64,000 nt of DNA, from sequence record KF620435. The stretch is one strand, 5' to 3'. Both the position numbers and the translations under genes were made by a program. The notes under the pieces are model-generated. The model was not told where the DNA came from. It saw nothing but the letters and a program-made list of their open reading frames with translations, and did no database searches. Positions 30,387-40,558 of this stretch are shown in pieces. How positions within the stretch are numbered: position 1 is the stretch's first letter; each line of letters starts with the position of its first letter. Origin of the DNA: Shigella phage pSb-1.

Positions 30387-30779
30387 ATGTTTCAAAATAG
30401 ACGAGGTAAATCAGTCCTATATGACATGGACTTTAGCAAACTGGAAGAGAGACTAATTGCTCATGCAGGCATTCATGACTCAGTGGACATTACTGTTTCT
30501 AAGTTTGATTTAAAGAATCTGGAAAAAATGTTCTCCAAGATGGATCAAGCATTAACTAGAGGTTGGGCGCCTGTATTTGTTGATACATATATACCTTCCC
30601 CACCAAGACTTAAGAGCCAGGTAGACAGGATTATAGATTCCTTCTGGGAAAATCCAGTAGAAGGTGATGTATATCTTTACCTGGCTCAATTGGAAAAGAA
30701 TCCCAGAACCAAAGACGTATTTAAGGGTAAGAGCACTACCCATCACTACCCCTGGTATAGAAGAGGTAGTAAATACTAA
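30387..30779 (+). CDS. hypothetical protein
   Basis: 130-aa ORF. Confidence 0.4.
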   Translation: MFQNRRGKSVLYDMDFSKLEERLIAHAGIHDSVDITVSKFDLKNLEKMFSKMDQALTRGWAPVFVDTYIPSPPRLKSQVDRIIDSFWENPVEGDVYLYLAQLEKNPRTKDVFKGKSTTHHYPWYRRGSKY

Positions 30780-31222
30780 TGCGTATCCCATTCCTAAGAA
30801 AAAGGGAACGAAATCCTGTTCTTTACAATAAAGGCATAGAGGATGAGTATGAACTCAATCGTAAAGCTCGTTCCTACACAACAGAATTATTCATAGGGAC
30901 TAGAAATCCTGATAGATTACTGGACTTTGTTTTTGAACAAGTCTTTATCATATACAGCTTAGCTATGTCTGCTGGTTCACAAGAAGTAAGTGATAAGGCA
31001 AGAAATGCTCTCTGTATGCTCCGTAGGGAGTATGAAGCCCTCATGTATGAAGACTTATACTCCTTTAAAAAAGAAACCGCTGTAGCGTGTTCTGTGGCTC
31101 TTACTGAAGGTGTAGCAGTATTACAGGAACTACCTCGTAGTGAGTTTAAGCTGGTATATGTTCAGGTTAAGAAAATCACAGAAACGAGAAGTGGTATCAC
31201 CAACTATCTAAGGTCATTCTAA
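30779..31222 (+). CDS. hypothetical protein
   Basis: 147-aa ORF. Confidence 0.4.
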   Translation: MRIPFLRKRERNPVLYNKGIEDEYELNRKARSYTTELFIGTRNPDRLLDFVFEQVFIIYSLAMSAGSQEVSDKARNALCMLRREYEALMYEDLYSFKKETAVACSVALTEGVAVLQELPRSEFKLVYVQVKKITETRSGITNYLRSF

Positions 31223-32139
31223 TGATTAAGGCATCAGTTATTGCAGATTCCGTTCATCCAGAAACAGGAACTCGTATCACAACCTTTGAATTGGTTTATC
31301 CCCGATTCATTCACAGTGAGTTTATGACACACCGTGTATTCAACCGCAATGCTTCAAGCAGTCGTGCTATCCCCACTGCTAAGTTCATCGAACAGGTTCG
31401 TAATGAGCCAGTGATGCCAAGTCACTGGGGCAAGAACCAGAAAGGCATGCAGGCATTTGAAGAACTATTAGAAGACCAACGCAGTGATGCAATTTTTATC
31501 TGGGAACAGGCTGCATCCAGTGTTGCTACCTATGCAGAAATGCTGCGTCGTGGGCAAGTGCATAAGCAGATTGTTAACCGCATTCTGGAACCATTCACAC
31601 ATATTCGTGTAGTAGTAACCTCAACTAGCTGGGCTAATTTCTATGGACTGCGTGACCACAAAGATGCACAACCAGAGATTCGTGAACTGGCTCAGGCAAT
31701 GCGTAAGGCACATGAAGAAAGTACACCGAGAGCATTACCATATGGGCAATGGCATCTACCGTATATTGCCCATATTGATCGTGTTGGGGCTTACAATTTC
31801 TGCAAACGCAATCGAGTTACACGCGATGAACCAAGTGATGCAGAAGTACATGGACTACTTCTCAAAGTAAGTGCTGCACGCTGTGCACGTGCTTCTTATA
31901 ACAATTTTGAAGGACGTCCATCCACTATTGAAGAAGACCTTGGCTTATTCGCTAAATTAGTGGAAAACCAACCTATTCATGCTTCTCCAACGGAACATCA
32001 AGCTACACCTATGAACCTTGGTGAAAAGTACGTTAATAACATGAACCAGTTACCTGGGAACAAGGTGTTACATCCATGGATAAAGAAGGAAATCTGTACT
32101 CAGGTAACCTGCTTCATTTTATCCAATTCCGTAAATTAA
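31222..32139 (+). CDS. thyX: flavin-dependent thymidylate synthase (ThyX-like)
   Basis: THR-x7-S-SR segment matching ThyX RHR-x7-S signature spacing. Confidence 0.55.
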   Translation: MIKASVIADSVHPETGTRITTFELVYPRFIHSEFMTHRVFNRNASSSRAIPTAKFIEQVRNEPVMPSHWGKNQKGMQAFEELLEDQRSDAIFIWEQAASSVATYAEMLRRGQVHKQIVNRILEPFTHIRVVVTSTSWANFYGLRDHKDAQPEIRELAQAMRKAHEESTPRALPYGQWHLPYIAHIDRVGAYNFCKRNRVTRDEPSDAEVHGLLLKVSAARCARASYNNFEGRPSTIEEDLGLFAKLVENQPIHASPTEHQATPMNLGEKYVNNMNQLPGNKVLHPWIKKEICTQVTCFILSNSVN

Positions 32140-32161
32140 TCCCAGGTGAGACTATTACTGA

Positions 32162-32398
32162 ATGAAACGCCTAGCTATTCAAGCAATGATTATAAGTATC
32201 ATCCTGGTTCTGGAATTTGTATTTTCATTGCACAATGCTCAGAGCCTAGAAGAGATGTTCTTCGTAGTGGCTCGCTTCTCTGCATGTGTTCTTGGCCTAT
32301 GGTGTGTATATTATTATGCACGAGACTATGTAGCCATTAAGGAACATGATGAAGCGAAAGAACGTATGAGACGCTTCATTGAAGAAAATAGTAAGTAA
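32162..32398 (+). CDS. small membrane protein
   Basis: 78 aa with two hydrophobic segments. Confidence 0.4.
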   Translation: MKRLAIQAMIISIILVLEFVFSLHNAQSLEEMFFVVARFSACVLGLWCVYYYARDYVAIKEHDEAKERMRRFIEENSK

Positions 32399-32404
32399 AC
32401 CTAA

Positions 32405-32430
32405 GACCTCCTCCGGGAGGTCTTTTTTTG
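32405..32430 (+). terminator. intrinsic terminator (GACCTCC-TCCG-GGAGGTC + T7)
   Basis: 7-bp stem, tetraloop, TTTTTTT. Confidence 0.75.
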
Positions 32431-32682
32431 GTTTCAATTACTGTCCCAGGAGGACTTATGGCAAGTTGGTATGCAACTATGTTGGAGAAAGACTCCAATG
32501 GAATATACAGGGAATCTACAGGCAGTTTTAAAAACATCTGTATAGATGGGCGTTTATGCAAAATTAACGCAATAGATACTGCGGAAGAAATTCTGTTTAA
32601 AGAAGCAGGGTATGCAGGTTTTAAGTTGGAAAAACTTAATAGAGCCTGGGATTACAGAAATCCCATTATTATTAAAAAATAA
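32428..32682 (+). CDS. hypothetical protein
   Basis: 84-aa ORF. Confidence 0.35.
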   Translation: MVSITVPGGLMASWYATMLEKDSNGIYRESTGSFKNICIDGRLCKINAIDTAEEILFKEAGYAGFKLEKLNRAWDYRNPIIIKK

Positions 32683-32691
32683 GGAAACAAT

Positions 32692-32910
32692 ATGCCTGCT
32701 AAATACCGTATCAAAGACACACCAGTAATGTGTGAGGGTGAGAAGGGCGACATTGTATATGCCTGTATCCAGGATGATTTCAATGCTGCTCAGATGCTAA
32801 CCCAAATGACAAATACACTACATGTATCAGTAACACTGGACCCTACCGGTGACTATCCATGCTTCCCTATCCCTGCCCATAACCTGGAGCAAATTCATGA
32901 TCAATCCTGA
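32692..32910 (+). CDS. hypothetical protein
   Basis: 72-aa ORF. Confidence 0.35.
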   Translation: MPAKYRIKDTPVMCEGEKGDIVYACIQDDFNAAQMLTQMTNTLHVSVTLDPTGDYPCFPIPAHNLEQIHDQS

Positions 32911-33217
32911 AGTTATTCATAGTAAAACCGGTAAGGCTGTCCCACTTAGTGAGATTGCAGTAACTGGTGATATTGCTGCTTGTCCTGCAAATATTGCTTC
33001 TCTCTGTATGTGCATTGCTGCACTAGCAGAAGAACGTAAGTTATGGCTGGAACCAAGCAAGGAAATGATTCAGGCTGGTTTAGCTGAAGTGCAAAACACA
33101 TTAGATAACTGGGAAGAGAACGGCCCACTCCCTTATGGGACGGTCAACGATATAACAGATGACATGGCATCAGATATGGCTGTGTTTGTATTACAAGCAA
33201 TGGCAAGTAAACGTTAA
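32849..33217 (+). CDS. hypothetical protein
   Basis: 122-aa ORF. Confidence 0.35.
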   Translation: MTIHASLSLPITWSKFMINPEVIHSKTGKAVPLSEIAVTGDIAACPANIASLCMCIAALAEERKLWLEPSKEMIQAGLAEVQNTLDNWEENGPLPYGTVNDITDDMASDMAVFVLQAMASKR

Positions 33218-33257
33218 TCAATGTTAAGAAGCAACATTTAATCTGGAGAGTAAATAA

Positions 33258-35825
33258 ATGTTAGTTGCAGATACCAATGAAGTAGCTACCTCAGCGACAC
33301 TGGGTGGCAAAGAAACAATTGCCTTTGGCATCTCTGATGACCCGGCATTCTTTCACGTATTAAGTACTTCCCTGTATAACAATCCTACTCTGGCAGTAGT
33401 TCGTGAGACTATCTGTAACAGTTGGGATGCTCATATTGAAGCAGGCAAAACTGATATTCCTATTCGTATCACTATTGATACTGATAACTTTATTACCTTC
33501 CGTGACTACGGTAATGGAATCCCAGATGAACTCATTGGTTCCATTTATGGTGTCTACGGTGCATCTACTAAGAAGTCCAACAGTAGTGTTACTGGTGGCT
33601 TTGGTCTGGGATGTAAATCCCCATTCGCTTACACAGATAGCTTTCAGGTTACTTCATGGAACCAAGGAAAGATGTCGGTATATAACGTAGCTAAGGCTGC
33701 GATTGAGAATGATGGTAAGCCGGGTATTGTTCCTATTGTTACCAATATTCCTACTGAGGAATCTGGTCTGGAAGTTAAATTCCAGTTAGACAAACATGAC
33801 GTAAATACCTTTGTACATTACATTACATCAATTGTATTTAACGGTGAGATTAAAGCCGAGCTTAGTATCCCTAAACTTGTTAAAACAGAAGCAGGAAATA
33901 GTATTCAACAAGGTGACTACACTCTACTGAATACACTGGGTATGTCATTTGAACCTGGTTCATATGATATGTCTGATAGCTGGTATAAAGGCTATATGGG
34001 TAACAGTAACATATTCGTTCGTTACGGTAACGTAATGTACCCAATTGTATCCAGTCCTGCTAGTGAAGAAGCTGTAGGACTTATACTCAACTTTATGAAC
34101 ATCATTGGTGCATCTAATTTAGTAGTTCAGGCTGCACCAGATACTCTAGCTATTGCCCCTAGTCGAGAAACGCTGTCTAACCAGAAGTTAACCGACGATG
34201 GTATTACTACTCTGTGTGTAGATTTAGTAGACCGTATGGAGAAAGAAATTAAGGCTAAGATTCCTGAAGCTATTAAGCAAATTGAAGAATATGCCTCTAA
34301 ATCCTCTACTCGCTTCTGGGAATATCCATCTTTCCTGGGTGCTGTTACAGACAGGACTGTTCAACGCTATATGTCTTCTAGTTTGTGGGCTAAGCAACGT
34401 AAGCATTACATCAAACACTGGCGTAATTTATCCAATAAGGCATTATTAGCTCGTCCTGAATATGCAGGTCTTAAGAAACTGTATGGTAAGGCTATGCGTG
34501 CTCTTAAGGATACTCGTGAAGGAAATACATATTCCCAATTCCAGGAATTTGTATATCGTCATCTGCACTTACCTCAGCTTGCTGCTTTAAAAGCTACTGG
34601 TATTAAGTGGTCTGGTTACATAGTGAACCAGGGTAACAGTGTTGACTTGGTAAAAGGTAAACTTACTGATTACTTTAAGATGTACCATAACTCCCATCAG
34701 AGTATTGGCATATTCACTACCAAGAACGTTGTAGTTACTCGACGTTTATCTGACTGTGCAGACTCTTTCTCGTACTTCCCTGAATACAATCGAGGCGACC
34801 TGGAGCGTACAGCTTTTGTTCACGTCGTTGGTCCTAAGAAGGGTGCAGCGGAGGAAACTGTAGCTAAGTTCACTGCTATGGGTTATCGGGTAATTGACCT
34901 TACTCAATATAATGAGTGGGACAAACCAACTAACTTCCGTAGAGAACAAGCTAAGATGGCTGCCGAGAAACGGGCTAAGACAATAGCTGCCAATAAAACC
35001 AAAGCAGGAGGTAAAACTAATGCTCTTATTTCATTGAATGCAGTTCTTGGTACTACTCTTGTACGAGATAAAAATGGTGATTGGGTATCTAAGCCATACA
35101 TTGATAAGGATTTTGCTGACCCGAGATTAAATGAGAAATCTGATTTCATCGAAGTAGAGCAACCTAAGTACTATGTACTGGCTAATCAGGTTAGTTCTGG
35201 TAGTCCTGTAACTGCTCGAATTGGAACCATGTGGAAATGGTACGAGTTATCCGATGAGATGAAAGCAGAGACAGTTGTCTGCCGTAATCAAATTGAGGCT
35301 AACAAGGCAAAACGACGTGGTGCTATTCATATTGATGATGTTCGCTTTAGTGAACTGATGTCAGTTATTACCAGTAAAGGCTTCAAGAAATATGTTACTG
35401 AACACCGTATTGGTATTTTGGAATATGTAGGACTGGATGACAGAGAGTATTGGGAAATCCTCGACATACTGGGTCTAACATTCAAACCATTACAGAATCT
35501 GATTTTTAAACCAGAATATGAATGGGCATATGACTTTCTACGAAATCGACCACACGACAACAAAGAAAAACTTGTTGAAATGGGTTGTATTAAGTCAGTT
35601 GATGACTTAGAGCCATATAGCATGATGGTTAATCCACGTAACCATAAGTACTTTGAAATACTTAATGGTTACAAAGGATTATTCAGTTATAGCTGGAATA
35701 AAAATGACATCCTACAGACGCTGGACTTAGGTAGTTTAGTCAAACACCTCAAGAAGAATCCAGAGGATATTCCTGGGTTTAAGTCCCTCTACCGTAATCG
35801 TCTAAATAAACTGAAAGGTAACTAA
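33258..35825 (+). CDS. rIIA-like protein with N-terminal GHKL (HATPase_c) ATPase domain
   Basis: N box RETICNSWDA, G1 box RDYGNGIP, G2 box GGFGLGCKS. Confidence 0.6.
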   Translation: MLVADTNEVATSATLGGKETIAFGISDDPAFFHVLSTSLYNNPTLAVVRETICNSWDAHIEAGKTDIPIRITIDTDNFITFRDYGNGIPDELIGSIYGVYGASTKKSNSSVTGGFGLGCKSPFAYTDSFQVTSWNQGKMSVYNVAKAAIENDGKPGIVPIVTNIPTEESGLEVKFQLDKHDVNTFVHYITSIVFNGEIKAELSIPKLVKTEAGNSIQQGDYTLLNTLGMSFEPGSYDMSDSWYKGYMGNSNIFVRYGNVMYPIVSSPASEEAVGLILNFMNIIGASNLVVQAAPDTLAIAPSRETLSNQKLTDDGITTLCVDLVDRMEKEIKAKIPEAIKQIEEYASKSSTRFWEYPSFLGAVTDRTVQRYMSSSLWAKQRKHYIKHWRNLSNKALLARPEYAGLKKLYGKAMRALKDTREGNTYSQFQEFVYRHLHLPQLAALKATGIKWSGYIVNQGNSVDLVKGKLTDYFKMYHNSHQSIGIFTTKNVVVTRRLSDCADSFSYFPEYNRGDLERTAFVHVVGPKKGAAEETVAKFTAMGYRVIDLTQYNEWDKPTNFRREQAKMAAEKRAKTIAANKTKAGGKTNALISLNAVLGTTLVRDKNGDWVSKPYIDKDFADPRLNEKSDFIEVEQPKYYVLANQVSSGSPVTARIGTMWKWYELSDEMKAETVVCRNQIEANKAKRRGAIHIDDVRFSELMSVITSKGFKKYVTEHRIGILEYVGLDDREYWEILDILGLTFKPLQNLIFKPEYEWAYDFLRNRPHDNKEKLVEMGCIKSVDDLEPYSMMVNPRNHKYFEILNGYKGLFSYSWNKNDILQTLDLGSLVKHLKKNPEDIPGFKSLYRNRLNKLKGN

Positions 35826-35829
35826 TCTG

Positions 35830-37860
35830 ATGAAAATCGAACTGATTTCTATCATCGCACTGGCAGTTGACAGTCGTAACCTCACACTGTGGAAGCCTGA
35901 TGGCTCCACGGTTGTATATCCTCAGAGCGACCCACGGGTTGCTCGTATTGTATCTGAAGCACAAACCAAAGGCCTGGGAACTACCAAAGATCAGATAGAA
36001 GTAAACATTGCACCAGAAGTAAACCTGCGTACTGAATACCTGGAAGCAGAGAAGAACACTAACGGATTCGTCCGTTTCTTCAAGGTAGCTAAAGCTAAAC
36101 TTAAAGAGTTCTTCCAGGATGGTACGGGTACTCAACCTGACCGTATAGTTTCTGATATTAAGCTGGGGAATCCTACTAAGACACTGGTATCTAAAGCTAT
36201 GGATACCTTTCTGGCTGTACAAGCTAATGAACCAGAAGTAACTGTAACAGATGGTTATTACGACAGGCGTGACAACCTGATGTGGGTTACTGGCTGGGAT
36301 AAGGACCATAACCATCCTGCACTGGTTCGTTTTATCAATGACGTACTGTGTTGGGGTTATAAGCATACTGACAATATTCTTAAGCAAGAATGGCCTATTG
36401 CAATTCGTGCAGTATCCGATGATGAAATGGGTGAGTTTGCTAAACAAGCTCAGCACATCAAAGGAGTACACATTGTATTTACCAGTCGTGATGAAACGCC
36501 ACTACCCTATGTGGAAGTAGCTAAAACTACGAACCAGGATAAGCTGGCTGCTGCTTCTGAGAAGTTAGCTGCATTAGGAGCTATTAGTACCGATGATGCT
36601 AACTTCCATACTGAAGTGAAGGAAGATGAAGTGGTTGTTGCTGTTACCAATAATGGGGTTATCCCTGGAGTTGAGAACCTGCATCGTCACTTACGTCAGT
36701 CTGCCAAGCTGAAAGACTACAAGGGCTTTACTAAGTTCCTTGAGCGTCTGGCTCCAGTTATTAAAGACCGTCTGCACTCAGTGGAAGACCTGATGAAGTT
36801 CATGGAAACTGCTGAACTGCCTATCGCTGATGATGGCTCTATCCTGTTCCTGAAACGACTTATGTTCAGGGGTACAGAAGATGGTAAGCGTGTATTCGTT
36901 GACTGTCACTCAGGTAACATACGTCAGTGGGTAGGCTGTAAAGTACAGGTACGAGAAGACCTGGTAGACCCTGACCGTCGTCAGGACTGCTCCAACGGCC
37001 TGCACGTAGCATCCATGAGTTATATCCGTAGCTTCGGTGGTGACGTAACTATCCTTGGTAAAGTAGCACCTGAAGATGTATTTGCTGTTCCTGAGTACAG
37101 TACCAATAAGATGCGTGTATCTGCATATCATATTATTGCTGAGCTGCCGGAAGAGGAACGTAATAACGTTAACAACGGTATCTACCTGTCTAAAACAGAA
37201 GTAGGTAAGAAATTGCTTAACGATGCCATCGTTGGGAACCATAGTTCACCTACCACACTTATTATGGTTGGTGGTCATCGTGGTACTAACCTCAAGTACA
37301 CTAATCTCACATCTGGTTCTGTAGAACAATTCCGTACAGTTGCTAGTAAAGAAGCACTGAACATGGAAGAGTCACTGAATGAAGCTGTAGCTGCTGAACC
37401 AGTGAAAGCTACTGACCTTAAACCTGTTGTTAAGAAGGCTCCTACTGTGAAAGAACAAATCCAGGAACTGGTCAAAGAGTTCCTCAATGCAACAACACCG
37501 GAAGATAAGTTAGCTGCTGCTGACCTTCTGGTAGAACTGCGTTCCAAAGCCAAAAAGCCTTGGGGTGCATTCGATGTAGGTAGTGATGTGGTAGCTAAGA
37601 TTGCTGATGTACGTGCAACTTACACAGCTAAACCTATTGGCAAACCTAAACCAGTGAAGGCAAGTAAGCCTGCTAAACCGGTTAATAGCAAACATGCTGA
37701 TAATCTGCGTAACATCCTGAACGATACGACGTACTCCGACTACCAGAAAGGTCATGCTCTGCAAGACTATAAGCGTCATGCTAAGAAGTCATTCACTGCA
37801 ATGGGTCTGACTGAAGAAGAAGCTAAGTTAGCTACCAAGCTGGTCAAGGCTGCTAAGTAA
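35830..37860 (+). CDS. rIIB-like protein (by position next to rIIA-like gene)
   Basis: 676-aa ORF immediately downstream of rIIA-like gene. Confidence 0.35.
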   Translation: MKIELISIIALAVDSRNLTLWKPDGSTVVYPQSDPRVARIVSEAQTKGLGTTKDQIEVNIAPEVNLRTEYLEAEKNTNGFVRFFKVAKAKLKEFFQDGTGTQPDRIVSDIKLGNPTKTLVSKAMDTFLAVQANEPEVTVTDGYYDRRDNLMWVTGWDKDHNHPALVRFINDVLCWGYKHTDNILKQEWPIAIRAVSDDEMGEFAKQAQHIKGVHIVFTSRDETPLPYVEVAKTTNQDKLAAASEKLAALGAISTDDANFHTEVKEDEVVVAVTNNGVIPGVENLHRHLRQSAKLKDYKGFTKFLERLAPVIKDRLHSVEDLMKFMETAELPIADDGSILFLKRLMFRGTEDGKRVFVDCHSGNIRQWVGCKVQVREDLVDPDRRQDCSNGLHVASMSYIRSFGGDVTILGKVAPEDVFAVPEYSTNKMRVSAYHIIAELPEEERNNVNNGIYLSKTEVGKKLLNDAIVGNHSSPTTLIMVGGHRGTNLKYTNLTSGSVEQFRTVASKEALNMEESLNEAVAAEPVKATDLKPVVKKAPTVKEQIQELVKEFLNATTPEDKLAAADLLVELRSKAKKPWGAFDVGSDVVAKIADVRATYTAKPIGKPKPVKASKPAKPVNSKHADNLRNILNDTTYSDYQKGHALQDYKRHAKKSFTAMGLTEEEAKLATKLVKAAK

Positions 37861-37922
37861 TAGCCTGTTCAAATGGCCTCACTTATAATAAAGTGAGGCT
37901 ATCTTTGAAGAGGAAATAAGCT

Positions 37923-38294
37923 ATGTCTAAAGTATTCAGAAGTAATCGCAAAGCAACTGATGAAGACATCATTCGTATGAATGCTGTTGGTCTGTCCCTC
38001 GCAACTATCGCTAAGACGTTGGGGGTTCACCCCACTACGGTTACTTTGCGATTGCGTTCTCTAAATATTGAACCAGCCGACACACGTCGGACGTTCATGG
38101 AAAACGTATTACGTCCTTTACCAACCCATGTGGCTGATTGGCTATCAGAACAAGTTGGCCCTAAGTATGAGATTCGCTCATATGTAAGGGACTTGATTCT
38201 GGAGGCATATAATAATCGCCACCTTAACCAAGAGAGTGAGCATGACAAGTTCATCCGTTTGTACGCTGGAAAGAACCGGGATGAATTGGGGTGA
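37923..38294 (+). CDS. HTH DNA-binding protein
   Basis: helix-turn-helix-like LSLATIAKTLGVHPTTVTLRL. Confidence 0.4.
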   Translation: MSKVFRSNRKATDEDIIRMNAVGLSLATIAKTLGVHPTTVTLRLRSLNIEPADTRRTFMENVLRPLPTHVADWLSEQVGPKYEIRSYVRDLILEAYNNRHLNQESEHDKFIRLYAGKNRDELG

Positions 38295-38760
38295 CATATT
38301 TACTTATCGGAACGGTAAATTGTACTGGAAGGTAAAAGCAGCGGCGCATACCGTAGTTGGCTCGGAAGCCGGGTGCTATGACAAATCCTCCGGGTATGTT
38401 CTAGTACGCTACAAACGAAGACTACGGAGAGCACACTGCATAATATGGGAAATGCACAATGGTCCTATACCTAAAGGTATGCTCATTGACCATCTAGATA
38501 GGGTAAGGACCAATAATCACATTGGAAACCTTCGCTTAGGTGGTCAAGACCTCAACCAAAAGAATCGTAGTAAACAATTTAATAACTCTTCCGGAATAAC
38601 AGGTATTTCCTGGGATAAGGAAAGAAGTAAGTGGAATGCTAAGATTCAGGTGGAGGGCAAAACTATTAATCTAGGTCGCTTTACGGACTTAGATGAAGCT
38701 GCCAGAGTCCGCTATCAAGCAGAAAAAGACTATGGCTTCACTCCAACACACGGGAAATAA
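38281..38760 (+). CDS. HNH homing endonuclease with AP2-like domain
   Basis: IDHLDRVRTNNHIGNLRL HNH motif and AP2-like GITGISWDKERSKWNAKIQVEGKTINLGRF. Confidence 0.75.
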   Translation: MNWGDIFTYRNGKLYWKVKAAAHTVVGSEAGCYDKSSGYVLVRYKRRLRRAHCIIWEMHNGPIPKGMLIDHLDRVRTNNHIGNLRLGGQDLNQKNRSKQFNNSSGITGISWDKERSKWNAKIQVEGKTINLGRFTDLDEAARVRYQAEKDYGFTPTHGK

Positions 38761-38762
38761 CA

Positions 38763-39206
38763 ATGTCAGATATTATCACCCAAACCAAAAAATGGTTTGA
38801 AATCGCAGTACCAAATCCGACGAGTAAGAACATTAGTACCCAGATGGGTTGCCATCTGGAAGAAGTAGAAGAAATGCTTCAGACCATTTATCCAAATGGT
38901 ATCTACGATGCAGAATTGCTACAACGTGCGCAAGATGCTCTTACAAATCTGGCAAATCATATGAAGCGTAAAGCTGATGCCTACCGTATTGATGTTAGTA
39001 CCGACCTGCTGGACTCACTGGCAGACCAGATTGTTACAGCAACTGGCGTCGGTACTTTCCTTGGGATGAATGTCCCCGGAGCATTGGCTGAAGTCAATCG
39101 CTCAAACTATTCTAAGTTTGAAGATGGCGAACCTGTCTTCAATGAGAATAAGAAAGTTATGAAAGGGAAAGACTACACTCCCCCAGATTTAACCCCTTAC
39201 ATCTAA
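38763..39206 (+). CDS. MazG-like NTP pyrophosphohydrolase (tentative)
   Basis: acidic HLEEVEEM ... DLLDSLADQ pattern resembling ExxE...ExxD. Confidence 0.35.
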   Translation: MSDIITQTKKWFEIAVPNPTSKNISTQMGCHLEEVEEMLQTIYPNGIYDAELLQRAQDALTNLANHMKRKADAYRIDVSTDLLDSLADQIVTATGVGTFLGMNVPGALAEVNRSNYSKFEDGEPVFNENKKVMKGKDYTPPDLTPYI

Positions 39207-39227
39207 CCCTCTACGGAGGGTTTTTTA
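39205..39227 (+). terminator. intrinsic terminator (AACCCTC-TACG-GAGGGTT + T6)
   Basis: stem-loop and TTTTTT. Confidence 0.7.
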
Positions 39228-39239
39228 CTGGAGATTTTA

Positions 39240-39467
39240 ATGTTTTCCAAACCTACCAAAGCCCCACTGAACAAGGGGCAAGAAGCGGTTGCGAAGGAGT
39301 TCTTCGACTTCCTGCTCGACCCTAATGCTACCGAATTCAATATTAGTGGCCCAGGGGGAACTGGCAAGACATTCCTGATGTCGCACCTCATTGATGACAC
39401 TATGCCTGCATATATGGAAACTTGCTCCCTTATGGGAACCAAGCCTCTGTATAACGAAGTGTTATGA
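39240..39467 (+). CDS. Dda-like SF1 helicase, N-terminal fragment
   Basis: Walker A GPGGTGKT; motif Ia (TATTNKAA...TYHSF) and Walker B (IIFVDEASM) lie downstream in two other frames. Confidence 0.65.
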   Translation: MFSKPTKAPLNKGQEAVAKEFFDFLLDPNATEFNISGPGGTGKTFLMSHLIDDTMPAYMETCSLMGTKPLYNEVL

Positions 39468-39648
39468 CTGCGACCACGAACAAGGCTGCTGAAGTTCTGG
39501 CTCAGGCTACTGGACGCCCAACGTCTACCTATCACTCCTTCCAGGGCTGATTGTTAAGAATGACTTTAAAACTGGTGAGGCTAATGTCGTACCTTCTAAG
39601 TCATTCAATATTAAGAAGAACAAAATCATCTTCGTAGATGAAGCATCC

Positions 39649-40548
39649 ATGATTGACCGTCAGTTACTTAAGTATGCTCGTGAAGGTACTCACCAGTGCA
39701 AACTGGTATTCGTAGGTGATGCTTCTCAGCTTCTGCCTGTTAAAGAGAATAAGTCTCCAGTGTATGCAGGCAATATCCCAACACACTATCTGACTGAACA
39801 GATGCGTACCGATGCACCGGAACTTAAAGCATTGCACCAGCAATTGCGTGATACGGTAGAAGGTAAGACAGGCTTCCTGCCTATTAAATGTATTCCAGGC
39901 ATCATTGACTGGGTACAAGGAGAAGAGATGGAGAAACTGGTTCTCAGTCACTTCACTCAACCTACCAACAGCCGTATTGTTGCTTACACGAATGATCAGG
40001 TTATTAATTACAATAACTACATTCGTGAAGCTAATGGCTACGTGGGCGAGTACTCCATTGGTGAACAGTTAGTATCTAACTCTGCTGTTCGCTTGGGTGT
40101 GGAAGACCGTCTGTCTATTGAACAAGACGTAAAACTCATTGACCAGGATAGTAGTACTCGCATGATTCCAGTTACAGGTGATCTGGAACTAGAAGTTCGT
40201 GATAGTACTCTGGACCTTGGTTATGGTGGTATTGTAAGTGAAGTTCCAGTACCTACTGACCCAGAATACTTCAACCGTTTGGTTAAGTGGCTAGGTAAAG
40301 AGAAGAACTGGGAACCTTACTTCCGTCTTAAAGAAACCATCCCAGACCTACGTGCTACTCATGCATGTACTGTCCATAAATCGCAAGGCTCTACTTACGA
40401 CACAATCTTCATTGATGCAGATGACCTCTCAAGCTGTCGCCAACCAGATATGGTTGCTCGTCTGCTTTACGTCGCTGTGTCTCGTGCCCGTAAGCGAGTA
40501 GTGTTCTATGGCAATCTTGCCAGTAAGTACGGTGGTCTAACTTTCTAA
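39649..40548 (+). CDS. Dda-like SF1 helicase, C-terminal part
   Basis: VHKSQG and YVAVSRA motifs; frame open upstream to 39493. Confidence 0.7.
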   Translation: MIDRQLLKYAREGTHQCKLVFVGDASQLLPVKENKSPVYAGNIPTHYLTEQMRTDAPELKALHQQLRDTVEGKTGFLPIKCIPGIIDWVQGEEMEKLVLSHFTQPTNSRIVAYTNDQVINYNNYIREANGYVGEYSIGEQLVSNSAVRLGVEDRLSIEQDVKLIDQDSSTRMIPVTGDLELEVRDSTLDLGYGGIVSEVPVPTDPEYFNRLVKWLGKEKNWEPYFRLKETIPDLRATHACTVHKSQGSTYDTIFIDADDLSSCRQPDMVARLLYVAVSRARKRVVFYGNLASKYGGLTF

Positions 40549-40558
40549 GGGAGGATAT

